Below are positions 1 to 10,079 of a DNA stretch of 64,000 nt, one piece after another. Each line of letters starts with the position of its first letter. Positions within the stretch are counted from its first letter, which is position 1. The DNA lies in contig CAWJTV010000028.1 of the NCBI GenBank assembly GCA_963845755.1, positions 64,001 through 128,000 on the forward strand, given 5' to 3'. Source of the DNA: an uncultured Planctomycetota bacterium. GTDB taxonomy: Bacteria > Planctomycetota > Planctomycetia > Isosphaerales > Isosphaeraceae. The position numbers and the translations under genes are program-made. The notes beneath the pieces are model-generated. The model did no database searches. It was not told where the DNA came from and saw only the letters and a program-made list of their open reading frames with translations.

Positions 1-3000
1 CAGGCTTACCCAGGTCGTGCAATGCGATCCCCAGCGCGGCGTGGGCCATACCGGAGGTGGGTTCCAGGCGGACCGCCTCTTTGGCTTCGGTGTGTGCCTG
101 CTCGAAATTGCCCCGTTCTCGCAAGACGGACGCCAGGTTGAGGTGGGGATTGATATAGTCGGGTTTGAGGCGGAGTGCCTCGCGGTACGCGGCGATCGCC
201 TCGTCATTCTGCCCGCGGGCATGGAGGGCCAAGCCGAGCGTGTTGTGGGCGTAGGCGAGTTCCGGCCTGAGGCGGATCGCCTCACGGCATTCGGCGATCG
301 CTTCGGGCAGATGGCCCTGGTCCATCAGGGCGATGCCGAGCGAGTTGCGGGCGTAGGCAAATTCGGGCCTGAGGCGGATCGCCTCGCGGAGCTCGACGAT
401 CGCCTCCGCCAACATCCCCTGGTCTTGCAGGATCATGCCGATTCGATGGTGATTGTCGGCGTTATCCGGCCTGAGCCGGACAGCCATCCGGATTTCGGCG
501 ATCGCCTCGTCCAGCTTCCCCTGGTCCTGGAGGATGATGCCGAGCATTTCGTGGGCTTCGAGGTGATCGGGCCTGCGTTCGATCAGCCGCCGTAGGATTG
601 CGGCGGCCCTGGTCAGTGCCGCCATCGAGCCCGGGCGGTCGCCCCTCTCCTTGAGCAGGCGACCGTAGCATCCCCAGTCGCGGCCATCGTCCGGGCGGAG
701 CTGCACGAGGTCCCGGAAGACCGCGATTGCCTCGACCGACTCCCCTCGGGATTCCAGCAGATGGGCCAGGTCGTGCGCAGTGGCGGGCGCGAGGCGCGAG
801 CGATCGAGTAATAGCGGAGCGCTTCGTCGCCGCGCAACTGCGCCTCCAGGAGACGTGCCAGGTCGTAGTTGAGCCAGACGTCGTCGGGGAATCGGCGCCG
901 GCCGGCACGAAGGACCTCCTCGGCCGCCTTCGGCTCTTCCACGGCTGCCAGGGCCGTGCCCAGCAGGTTCAGATCGACAGCAGGCCCAGTCTCGCGACTC
1001 ATGGACGCGGCCAGGTCTCGCAGCGCCTTCGCGCGCGACGAGCGGTCGGCCAGGTCGAGTGCCCGGCGCAGGCCGACTCTCCAGGTGTCGCCGTCCGCGG
1101 CATTCGCCGCCTCGGATAGCCGTAGCGCACCGGGCCGATCATGACGAAGCGAGCGTCGCACCGAGGCCCAGTCGTCCAGCGCCGCGACCAGCGCGGAGGC
1201 CAACGTCGCGGGCCGAGCCTTGATCCGCGCCCCCACTTCGGCCGGCGGCAACGCCGCGATGTCAATCCCAGCCTCCTGGAACGCCGCGGAGTAATCCCGA
1301 TTGCTGATGGTGCCGTGAGGATCGTCCGACCTGGCCGAGCGGATGTTAACCAGCTTATCAAGGAGGATGCGGTTGGCCTCGGCGGCGCGGGCGGCCGACT
1401 CGGCTTCCGTCTTCTCCGCAGTGATGGCGGCCAGCAGAGACTCGACCTGGGTGCACAGGGCGGCATCGAGGCCGGGCTCGAGCAGATCGCGGGCCTTCTG
1501 CGCCGCGGCCTGCGCCTGGGTCCAGGTGATGAGGTCCCCCACCTTCGCCGATTTGGCCTGGCCCCTGAGCCCTGACGCCTCTTGCATGGCCGTGCTGATC
1601 TGGGTCGTCCTCGCCGTGATCCGCGACACCCGGTCACGCTCAACCCAGGTCCAGCCGGCGGCGCCGAGCGCACCGGCGATCAGGAGCGAGGCCGCCAGCC
1701 CGACGGTCATCCTCCGGGCCCGCCGCTCGGCCCGAGCTCGCCCGTCCGCGGCCATGGCCGCCGCCCGCGCTTCCGTGGCCCGCGCCTCTTCGGCCGAGCG
1801 GGCCCACTCAGCCGCCGCGGCCGTGGCCTTCGCTTCCTCGGCCCGCGCTTCCTCGGCGGCCCGCGCCAGCTCGGCCGCCCGCAGGCGCTCCTGCACACCG
1901 GCGAAGTACGCCGTCAGCCGCCGCGCCACCTCGCCCGCGTCATGCGGCCGATCGTCGGGATCGACTTCCAGGCATCGCCTCGCCAGGGAGACCAGCTCGG
2001 TGTCGGCGGCGCTGCCGTCGAGTCGCCGCAGGGCGTCGTCCGTCTCGCCGCGTCTGGCTTTGCTCAGGATCGCCTGGCGCGACTGGCCGGTATACGCCGC
2101 CCGGCCGGTGAGGATCTCGCACAGGATCGAGCCCAGCCCGAAGACGTCCGACCGCTCCGAGAGACCCTCGATCTCGCCGCGGGCCTGCTCGGGCGACATG
2201 TAAGCCGGCGTACCCATCACCGAACCGGGGCGCGAGGTTCCGGCATCCGAGCCGCTCCGCACCGTGCGGATGAGGCCGGGTTCGGTCTCCTTGGCGGAAT
2301 CCCGCAGCTCGTCGTCGCCCGCCACGGGCAAGATCTTGGCCAGTCCCCAGTCCATCACCTGGACCTCGCCGAACGATCCCACCATGATGTTCGACGGCTT
2401 CAGGTCGCGGTGGATCACGCCGCGGGCGTGCGCGTACGACATCGTCTGGCAGACCAGCTCGAAGATCCCAAGGAACCGCGGCCGATCGTGATCGGGAGCC
2501 TCACGGTCGGCCAGCAAAGCGGACAACGTTCGGCCTCGGACCAACTTCATCGTGAAGTAGGGCCGCCCGTCGTCGAACTGACCCAGTTCGTGGACGGGTA
2601 CGATGCCGGGGTGCTGGAGCTGTCCGCCGATTTGCGCCTCCTCGATGAAGCGACGCACCAGGTCGGGGTCGTCACGGTGCTCCTCGAGGAGGACTTTGAC
2701 GGCCAGGTCGCGGCCGAGGTCGGGGTCGCGGCCCTTGAGGACGGCGCCCATGCCGCCGTGGCCGATCTCGCCGAGAAGCTGGTAGCGACCGGCGGAGGTG
2801 GGCATCTCGGCGGAGCAGGGTCGGACCACCGCCGTCGCGTCGTAAGGCTCGGTCTCGCGGAGCAGGACGCGGGGGACGGAGCCGATCGTCCGGGACAGCG
2901 CGGCCAGGATGCTCGCCATCGGGGATGGGTCGAAGGTCGCCGGCCGCTCGCCCGGCGGGCTGCTCGGCGCCCCAGCTTGGTCGGAGAGGGCAGACAACCC

Positions 3001-3262
3001 TACCGAAAAGACGGCCGCGATCGCCGTGGCATGGTCGGGGAAGCGACGCAGATACTCGTCCGCGGCCGGTTCTTCCTGATCTCGTCGCCGTAGCTCGAGT
3101 TCGACGCGGAGAAGCTCCGCGAGGAGGGCGGGCCGACAGCGTCGATTCGGCCTCGGCCAGGTAGTCCTCGATACGCGGCCGCGGCCCTCGCTTCCACGCC
3201 CGCTCGAAGCCGTCTGCGATCTCGTTGATCCGGGTCCAGTCCGAATTGGGGATCTCGGCCAT
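1..3262 (-). CDS. Membrane-anchored Ser/Thr protein kinase with C-terminal TPR array (runs off window start; frameshifts near ~3140 and ~780)
   Basis: N-terminus MAEIPNSDWTRINEIADGFERAW (ATG 3262); ORF 613..2997 has GHGGMGAV, AVK, HRDLKPSN, DWG, GTPAYMSPEQ and a TM segment; 1-600 translates on the minus strand as 34-aa TPR units (e.g. AYARNSLGIALMDQGHLPEAIAECREAIRLRPE). Confidence 0.9.
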
Positions 3263-3441
3263 GGTCCGCCTCGTTACGTTGCGTCAGGAACCTCGTCCGG
3301 CCGAGCCGCGATCTTCAGGGAGTGGGGGCTTCGGCCAATGTCAACCGACTGGTCACCCAAGGTCGCCTCGCACCTTGCCGATCGTGGAGCCGCTCGCTGT
3401 ACGCAGCGCCCGGCGACCGGCGTCAACCGGCCGCCTTGCTC

Positions 3442-4060
3442 TCATAAGCCCCGAACATCAAACGACGTCCACTTGCTGCGGATGCGCTCCATCCGCCGCT
3501 CGACCGACCGCTCGGTGCAGTCGAGCTGATCGGCAATCTCGCGATTGGTGTAGCCTTCCAACCGCCAGAGCGCGATCCGGCGCAGCTCGGGGTCGGCCAG
3601 CGCCTCCAGTCGGCACTCCAGCGCCTCGTTGAGCAGGGCAGCTTCCGCGGGCGAGGGGCCGGCGGCATCCATTTGCTCGAGCGCCCACTGGACCGACTCC
3701 CCTTCGTCGGAGTCCGCGAATGTGTGTTCGCGGGTGATATCCCGCTTGTGAGACATTTGCCGATTGGCCGCGTTCCGCGCCTTTCGGAGCGTGATCGTCA
3801 CGAGCAGCTTCCAGAGCGCGTCCCGGTCCGCGAGGTCGAACTCGCCCCGCTGCTGCCGCTGACAGAAGCTCTTGTACATGCTCTGGAGTACGTCCTCCTC
3901 ATCCTCGCGGCGGCGGATGCGCCGGTTCAGGTTCTTGCGCCAGCATCAGGAGGTCAGGGAAATACCGCTGCCAGATCAATCGGGCTGCCAGTTCACGCTC
4001 CGCCGCATCATCGGACTGGAGGAGCTGGATCAACCGGGTGACCGAGCCGTCGCGAACCAT
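3442..4060 (-). CDS. ECF-type RNA polymerase sigma factor, planctomycete type (frameshift near ~3938)
   Basis: Reconstructed MVRDGSVTRLIQLLQSDD...IWQRYFPDLL / KNLNRRIRRREDEEDVLQSMYKSF...LWKLLVTITLRKA...LEGYTNREIADQLDCTERSVERRMERIR (region 2 and region 4 HTH). Confidence 0.88.
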
Positions 4061-4271
4061 CTTGCATGTCCCCCGATCGGATCGTGCCGGCGGACCTCCA
4101 GGAGCGTATTCGCCCCTCTTCGGGTTCCATCAACACCCCGACCGCCAGCCCGACAGCCGGCACCGAATTTTTCTCGGTTCGACCGGGACGGGTTGCCATT
4201 TCCCGGGACTCGTCAATGAGACCTGACACCCGAAATCGCATTATCCCACACGCCTGGCGCCGGCATAACCC

Positions 4272-4345
4272 TTAGACGCTGTTTCAAGAAGGGGACAGGC
4301 ACCTCGAAGACTCGGAGCCAGTCCCGTTCTTGAAACAGTTTGTAA
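4272..4345. repeat. 74-bp imperfect palindrome (MITE/REP-like)
   Basis: Left arm ttagacgctgtttcaagaaggggacaggc vs reverse complement of right arm ttacaaactgtttcaagaacgggactggc: 24/29 identical; begins TTA, ends TAA. Confidence 0.7.
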
Positions 4346-4584
4346 GAGATCTCGAATTCACCGAGATCCTGTGGGCTTGGACGGTCGAGTTTGGACTGCC
4401 TCTTCAGGTCGTCGGGCGAGCGGGTCGCGACTCAAAATCACGACGAGGTGTGACCGATCCTTCGGCCACATTCTCCAGACCTCGACGCCTACTGGACCGA
4501 ATGTCGCCCGGTGTGTCGGATTACGAGGCTTTCGCTGGGTCACCTGGCAAGGTCAGAAGACCTTGGCACGACGTGTAACGCAGG

Positions 4585-7500
4585 CTAATTCTGCGGAGCG
4601 CGGGCGAGCATTTGATGAAACTCGGGCAATGCCTGAAGGGGCTTCAAGTCCGGGTCCGAAGCCATCTCCGAGGCCGGGAATCCGGTCTTGAGGGCGCGGG
4701 CGAGCAGCTCCAGCGCATGGGGGAGTTGCCTGGCATCGGCGGACTTCTCTGCATAGAGGGCCACGGCGCAGCCGGCATTGTAAAGGCGCCCGGAAGTGGG
4801 ATTGGCGATGAGTCGGTCGACGTCGTCCAGGGCCGCCCGGTCGCCCAGCCGCGCCCGGACCAGGGCGCGGAGCTGGATCGCGTCGATCAGGTGAGGGTCC
4901 GAATCGAGCGCCGCGTTTAGGTGCGCGAGGGCCGATGGGAGGTCCCTTCCCCGGATCAAGAGCGCCATGCCGTAGTGGGCGGCGGCCTGTCGCGGATCCC
5001 CCTCGAGGACGCGCTCGAAGTCGCGCAGCGCTCCCTGTGGATCGGAATGAACCCGGGTCATCCCCCGCGCAACCTGGACCACTGGATCGTCCGGGTTGCG
5101 GGCGAGCAAGGCGGCGAAATCGCGTTCGGCCTCGGCCTGGCGACCGAGACGCGCGAGGGTCTCGCCGCGCGATGCCAGGACGCCCAGGTCTTTCCGGCCG
5201 AGCTCGACGGCCCGGGTCAGGTCGCGCAGAGCTTCCTCGAGCTGATTCAATTCCAGCTCGACGAGGGCCCGGTTGACCATCGCCTCCACGAATCGCGGGT
5301 CCAACTGGAGCGCGCGATCGTAGGCATTGCTGGCATCGTGCAGCCGCCCCGCTCGGGCCAGCGCCAGTCCGCGATTGAAGTGGGCCCAGGCAAAGTCCGG
5401 CCCTCGCGCGGAGCAGACCGCAAAATCGCCGGCTGCCTCGAGGTACCGCCCTTGCTTGTAGTGGCAGTGGCCCAGGATGAACCAGGTCCAGAAGGAGGTC
5501 ACGTCGAGACGGATGGCCTGTCGCAGCGCGTCCTCCGCGGCCGGCGCATCACCGGCGGCCAGCAGCGTGGTGCCGAGCAGGGTCCAGTCGTGGCAGGTCG
5601 AAGGCGCGGTCCGAGCCGCCTGGAGTCGGTCGCGATCGGCCCTGGCGGGCTCGCCGAGTGCATCGTAGTATCGCGATCGCTCGTCGAACAGCGCGGCCGG
5701 AGCCGGTCGGTCGAGGTTTTCCGCCCGATCGAGCCGGGCGATCGCTCGTTCAATCGCCCGCCGCCGATCGGCCTCCGATCCGTGTTTCTTCGCCCGGAGG
5801 ACCTGTGCCCGAGCCTCCAGCATGATGAGCTCGACGGCTTGCTGGCGCACGCGACCTTGCTCGTCTGCGGCCAGGCCGTGGATCCAGCCCGACAGGTGGG
5901 CCGGTCCATCGGCCGGCAAACCGAGGTCGATGAGGCATTCTCGGGCCTTGGCGACTCCGTCGGCGAGGTGCTCATCCGACGCACCCGCGGTATTGAGCAG
6001 GAACTGAGTCTGGGTGAAATCGCGATCGAACCTCTGGAGCTGGAATCGGACCGCGAGATTCCTCACTGCACCCATCGTGAAGACCACGGCCGTGCCCATC
6101 GCGACGAGGAGAACGAGGGAAATCAGCGCGATCGAGGTGGTGCCGCAGAGGCCGGGATGTCGCCTCGCGAACTTGCCCATACGTTCCCGATAACTCGGCT
6201 CGGGACAATGCTTCATGGGCCAGTCCTCGAGGAACCGGCGCAGGTCTTCGGCGAGATGCCGGGCACGCGCATAGCGGCGATCCGGCTGGAACTCCAGGCA
6301 CTTGGCCACCAGAGCATCCAGGCTCCAGGGGATCTGGGGACATCGCGCCCGGAGCGACGGCGCGCGTCGCCGGCTCTCGGTCAGGAAGGCAAGGGTCTCG
6401 AAGACGGTCGCACCCGATGGCGGGGCGGGAAACGGGGGCTCGCCGGCAAGCATCTCGAACAGGATGAGGCCGAGGGCATAAATGTCGGCCCGTTCGTCAA
6501 CCGATTCGGGAGAGGTCGTCCCGCGCGGGTCAAACGCGTCGAGGTGCTCGGGCGCCATGTAGGGCAGGGTGCCGCCGATCAGGGCGCGGCGGATCTCGCC
6601 CTCGGACGGCTCAGGTCGATTCTCCGCCGCCAGGTTGAAATCCAGCAACATCGGGGTGCCGTCGGCCGCCAGCAGGATGTTGGCCGGCTTGAGATCGCGG
6701 TGGAGCAACCCGCGCGAGTGGGCGTGGTCCAGCCCTTCAGCCAGGCGCGCGACGATCCAGACTGCCGCGTGGACGGCACTGGCCCGGCTCAAGAACTGGC
6801 GCGAGGGCTGGTGCTGATCGTCGTTGAGGTTGACCGAGGGTGGAACCGGACTCGCGGTCCCCGTTCCGACCAGCCGGTGAAACAGGGAGCGGAACCGGGA
6901 GACCGACCCGGAACGCTCGAGTCCTTCGGTCATCCGGCTCACCGCGTTTCCGTCCGGAGCGAACAGAAGGCCGTTTGAGATGTCCGATCGCGGTGGAGGC
7001 GTGCCCAGGATCGATCCGGTCCCCCCGCTCTGGGGCACCGGCTGGCTGAGGAGGTCCAGTGCCTCGACCAGGCTGCGACCGTGGTGATCGACCTGGTCGA
7101 GACCACCCGCGGCGTCGAGGACCTGGGCGAGGTTGGCACCGCCGAAATACGGCATGCACAGGATGCGTAGGCCGGTCTCCGGATCATCGCAGACGGAGTG
7201 GACGGGCACGATGTGGGTGTGCTGGAGACGGGCGAGGATCTGGGGTTCCGCGCCTTCCGGGCGCGAGACCTTGATGGCGACCAGCCGTTGCCCCAGGGGG
7301 ATCTCCTCGGCCAGGTAGACGCGCGCAAATGCGCCGCGACCCAGCTCCCGGAGGATCCGGAACCCCGCCAGCTCGTCTCCCGGAAGCGGGAGTCCGCCGA
7401 CGCTGCGCAACCGGCTACTTCCCTGCGCCGACTTCCGGGGTCGCACCGTCCGGGTCTCTTCGAACACCCGACCCTCGTTTGCCTCCGCCCCGCCACCATC

Positions 7501-7779
7501 TTCGCCGAGGCATCCCCCCAGCCCCATCGACGCGCCCGACCGAGATTGTTCCAGAACGAATCCGGAGTGCAACTCCACGCTTTCGTTCAAGGGAAGTTCC
7601 CGCGCGATGCCGGCCGAATGCCCGCTCGTAGGGTCCGTTGGCGGGACACCGAGAACCAGGTCTACCGAGGCGGACGATTTCGACAAGTCGAGATCGTCCG
7701 GGTCCTCGATGTTCCAACCGGCCAGCAAGTCGCGGGTCGAGTCCGGATTCGAGCGTTCCGTTCCACGGGTGTTGGACAT
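4585..7779 (-). CDS. Ser/Thr protein kinase with TM segment and C-terminal TPR repeats
   Basis: GRGAFARV, AIK, HRDLKPAN, DFNLA, GTLPYMAPE; TM IALISLVLLVAMGTAVVF; TPRs (AWAHFNRGLALARAGRLHDA...). ATG at 7779 chosen within ORF 4585..7848. Confidence 0.92.
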   Translation of the reverse strand: MSNTRGTERSNPDSTRDLLAGWNIEDPDDLDLSKSSASVDLVLGVPPTDPTSGHSAGIARELPLNESVELHSGFVLEQSRSGASMGLGGCLGEDGGGAEANEGRVFEETRTVRPRKSAQGSSRLRSVGGLPLPGDELAGFRILRELGRGAFARVYLAEEIPLGQRLVAIKVSRPEGAEPQILARLQHTHIVPVHSVCDDPETGLRILCMPYFGGANLAQVLDAAGGLDQVDHHGRSLVEALDLLSQPVPQSGGTGSILGTPPPRSDISNGLLFAPDGNAVSRMTEGLERSGSVSRFRSLFHRLVGTGTASPVPPSVNLNDDQHQPSRQFLSRASAVHAAVWIVARLAEGLDHAHSRGLLHRDLKPANILLAADGTPMLLDFNLAAENRPEPSEGEIRRALIGGTLPYMAPEHLDAFDPRGTTSPESVDERADIYALGLILFEMLAGEPPFPAPPSGATVFETLAFLTESRRRAPSLRARCPQIPWSLDALVAKCLEFQPDRRYARARHLAEDLRRFLEDWPMKHCPEPSYRERMGKFARRHPGLCGTTSIALISLVLLVAMGTAVVFTMGAVRNLAVRFQLQRFDRDFTQTQFLLNTAGASDEHLADGVAKARECLIDLGLPADGPAHLSGWIHGLAADEQGRVRQQAVELIMLEARAQVLRAKKHGSEADRRRAIERAIARLDRAENLDRPAPAALFDERSRYYDALGEPARADRDRLQAARTAPSTCHDWTLLGTTLLAAGDAPAAEDALRQAIRLDVTSFWTWFILGHCHYKQGRYLEAAGDFAVCSARGPDFAWAHFNRGLALARAGRLHDASNAYDRALQLDPRFVEAMVNRALVELELNQLEEALRDLTRAVELGRKDLGVLASRGETLARLGRQAEAERDFAALLARNPDDPVVQVARGMTRVHSDPQGALRDFERVLEGDPRQAAAHYGMALLIRGRDLPSALAHLNAALDSDPHLIDAIQLRALVRARLGDRAALDDVDRLIANPTSGRLYNAGCAVALYAEKSADARQLPHALELLARALKTGFPASEMASDPDLKPLQALPEFHQMLARAPQN

Positions 7780-8192
7780 ATTTCTCGATCGGGAATCGGG
7801 AATGAAACGGTTGCAACGAAACCGGGCGCTTTTGGGGCTCGATCCCAACCACTCCGGCGCCGACGCCGGACAAAAGGTGAGTGGCTAGGGTCGAATCCGG
7901 CTTCAGACGGCCGGTCCCAGGAGTGCCGGCGCTCGAGTGACCGCACAGAAACCACGCGCGGTTTCCAGGCGACAAACTCGAGATGCCTCGGAACTCCTCG
8001 TTCCGTTGTGGAAGGACGTGCCCGTATCTCCCTCTCGCGGAGGAAGACTCTACTTCTCTCTATGTCTCGGAACGAACTCTGTCCAGCAGATCGATGAATG
8101 TCCTGGCGATTCGCAGCGTGAGTGGCGCAGCGTCACTACGCGAATTCAATCGTGGCCTAGAATAGGGATAGGTACTCTCAAGAGGTGGGATC

Positions 8193-9350
8193 ATGCGAGT
8201 CGAGACCAGTCGGACGGCCGAAACGCAAGGCGTTGGCAGCGATTCGGGTACGATCACGGCTCCAAACCGGGGTGAAGAGAGCGAGCACGTCGTGATCGGC
8301 CGTCTCATTCGCCGACTCCGGATTTCGGACCCGCCAGATCGCTTCCAGGAACTGGCGACGACGGTATTGCGCTCGTCCCTGGGCGTGATGGCGGTGGCCT
8401 GGGTCCCCCGAGATCCCCACGAGCCGGTGATTGTCGGCGGATCGGTGGAGGGGCTGGACGCTCCGGCGTATCGGCTGGTGCCCGCGCCGACCGGCCGAGA
8501 GACGATCGTGGTTCACAACGAGATCGCGACCGGCCCATCGCGGTCGATCCACCCCAACATCGTCCGCTATGCCGCCGTCTCGGCCGGCGCGCTCGGTTGC
8601 TTGATCGCGGTCAATCCGCTCGACGACCGGCCGTTCCACCAGGACGAGGCCGAGCGCCTTCAGTATGTCGCCTCGTTGATCGAGACCCAGCTCGCCAACG
8701 CGAAGATTTATGGCGATCTCAAGGAGTTGCTTTTCGGGATCATCCGGGCCCTCACCGCCGCCATCGATGCCAAGGATCCCTACACGTCGGGCCATTCCGA
8801 GCGCGTGGCTCGGATCGCCGTCCGCCTGGCCGAGGAGCTCCGGATGCCGTCGCCGAAGCGGAGCGATCTCTATGTCGCCGGACTCCTCCACGACGTGGGC
8901 AAGATCGGCATCGAGGACGACGTCTTGAAGAAGGGCGGCCCGCTCACCCAGGACGAATTCCGCAAGATCCAATCGCACGTCGAGATCGGGGTGACGATCC
9001 TCAAGGACCTCAAGAAGCTGCACCACATCCTGCCCGGAGTCCGCCACCATCACGAGAGTTACGACGGCAACGGATACCCGGACCGCCTGGCCGGTGATTC
9101 GATCCCGTACGAGGCCCGGATCCTGGCCGTCGCCGATTCCTATGACGCGATGTCCAGCAATCGACCTTATCGCCGACGCTTGAGCCTCATGCAAATCGAC
9201 GAGATCTTCCGCAAGGGGCGTGGGCAGCAATGGGACCCCGCGGTCGTCGACGCCCTCTTCGCCTGCCGGCGCGACCTCGAGGCCATCCGGCAGAAGGGAC
9301 TGGGTGAGAGCCTCATCGGAGCGGTCAACGTCGCTCTCGGTCGAACTTGA
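8193..9350 (+). CDS. HD-GYP domain protein (probable cyclic-di-GMP phosphodiesterase) with N-terminal GAF-like region
   Basis: DPYTSGHSERVA, LLHDVGKIG, HHHESYDGNGYP, ARILAVADSYDAM, RPYR motifs. Confidence 0.92.
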   Translation: MRVETSRTAETQGVGSDSGTITAPNRGEESEHVVIGRLIRRLRISDPPDRFQELATTVLRSSLGVMAVAWVPRDPHEPVIVGGSVEGLDAPAYRLVPAPTGRETIVVHNEIATGPSRSIHPNIVRYAAVSAGALGCLIAVNPLDDRPFHQDEAERLQYVASLIETQLANAKIYGDLKELLFGIIRALTAAIDAKDPYTSGHSERVARIAVRLAEELRMPSPKRSDLYVAGLLHDVGKIGIEDDVLKKGGPLTQDEFRKIQSHVEIGVTILKDLKKLHHILPGVRHHHESYDGNGYPDRLAGDSIPYEARILAVADSYDAMSSNRPYRRRLSLMQIDEIFRKGRGQQWDPAVVDALFACRRDLEAIRQKGLGESLIGAVNVALGRT

Positions 9351-9376
9351 ATCGAACGGGAGATCGGCCCTGTGAA

Positions 9377-9852
9377 TCACTTCATCGCGCGTATAATCGG
9401 TCGGCTCGAGGAACACCGACTCCACCTGCTTGACCAGTTTCCCGTTCTTGTGGCTTTCCGCGTAGACCTTCTGCCACTCAGGGTCCTTCCCGAACGCTTC
9501 CCACGTCTTCTTGGCGGCCTCGCGACTGGGAAACGCGACCAGGTAGATCAGCTTCGCGCCCTTGCCGTCCTTCTCATCCGTGGGGGTCCAGAACCCGATT
9601 AGCTCCGCGCCGTGCTTCTTGAGCAACTGGCAGGTATGGTCGCGGAATCGCTTGTGCAGGTCGGTCAACTTGCCTTCGTTGAGGTGGTAGGTCCGAAGTT
9701 CGAAGACGCGTCTTGCGCCGGTGGAATCCTGCCCGCCGCAGCACGTGCACGCCTTTTCCTTGGCCGTCGGGGACTTGGCGGGATTTGTCGTCGGCACGAG
9801 CCGGCACCATGCAAGCCACCAGCACTAAGCCCGTCATCATGTGGCGAATCAT
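9377..9852 (-). CDS. Secreted NIPSNAP family protein (frameshifts near ~9780 and ~9388)
   Basis: Signal peptide MIRHMMTGLVLVACMVPARA; core VFELRTYHLNEGKLTDLHKRFRDHT...HGAELIGFWTP...LIYLVAFPSREAAKKTWEAFGKDPEW...VFLEPTDY; ATG AAG TGA ending in the shifted frame. Confidence 0.85.
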
Positions 9853-10079
9853 GGGTGCGATGCTCCGTGTGATTGTGTCGGCAGTTTGACCAAGAACCGA
9901 TCTCGTTTCGGTTATAACGCCTCGTGAGATGCTGCTCAAGCGCCGGGTAATTCGTAGGGATAACGGGATGACGTCACTAAACCCATACACTCTGACACGC
10001 GGCTCCCGTGGATTTCGGTTCTCGAAGTCATGCAGTTGGCGAGGGCTGGTCGAGTTCGACGACCGAGAGCTGCGAAGAT

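Noticed and set aside
17..595. Plus-strand ORF with ~102-bp periodic repeats (possible CRISPR/tandem array)
   Set aside because: Repeats are 34-aa TPR units of the minus-strand kinase; no identical repeats with unique spacers.
4921..6978. Long plus-strand ORF (also 1582..3093, 42094..44685, 61304..62980)
   Set aside because: Antisense shadows of well-supported genes, expected in high-GC DNA; no motifs.
8178..9797. 539-aa ORF suggesting a long NIPSNAP fusion
   Set aside because: Beyond ~9388 it is antisense to the HD-GYP gene; read-through is explained by an indel just before the natural stop.
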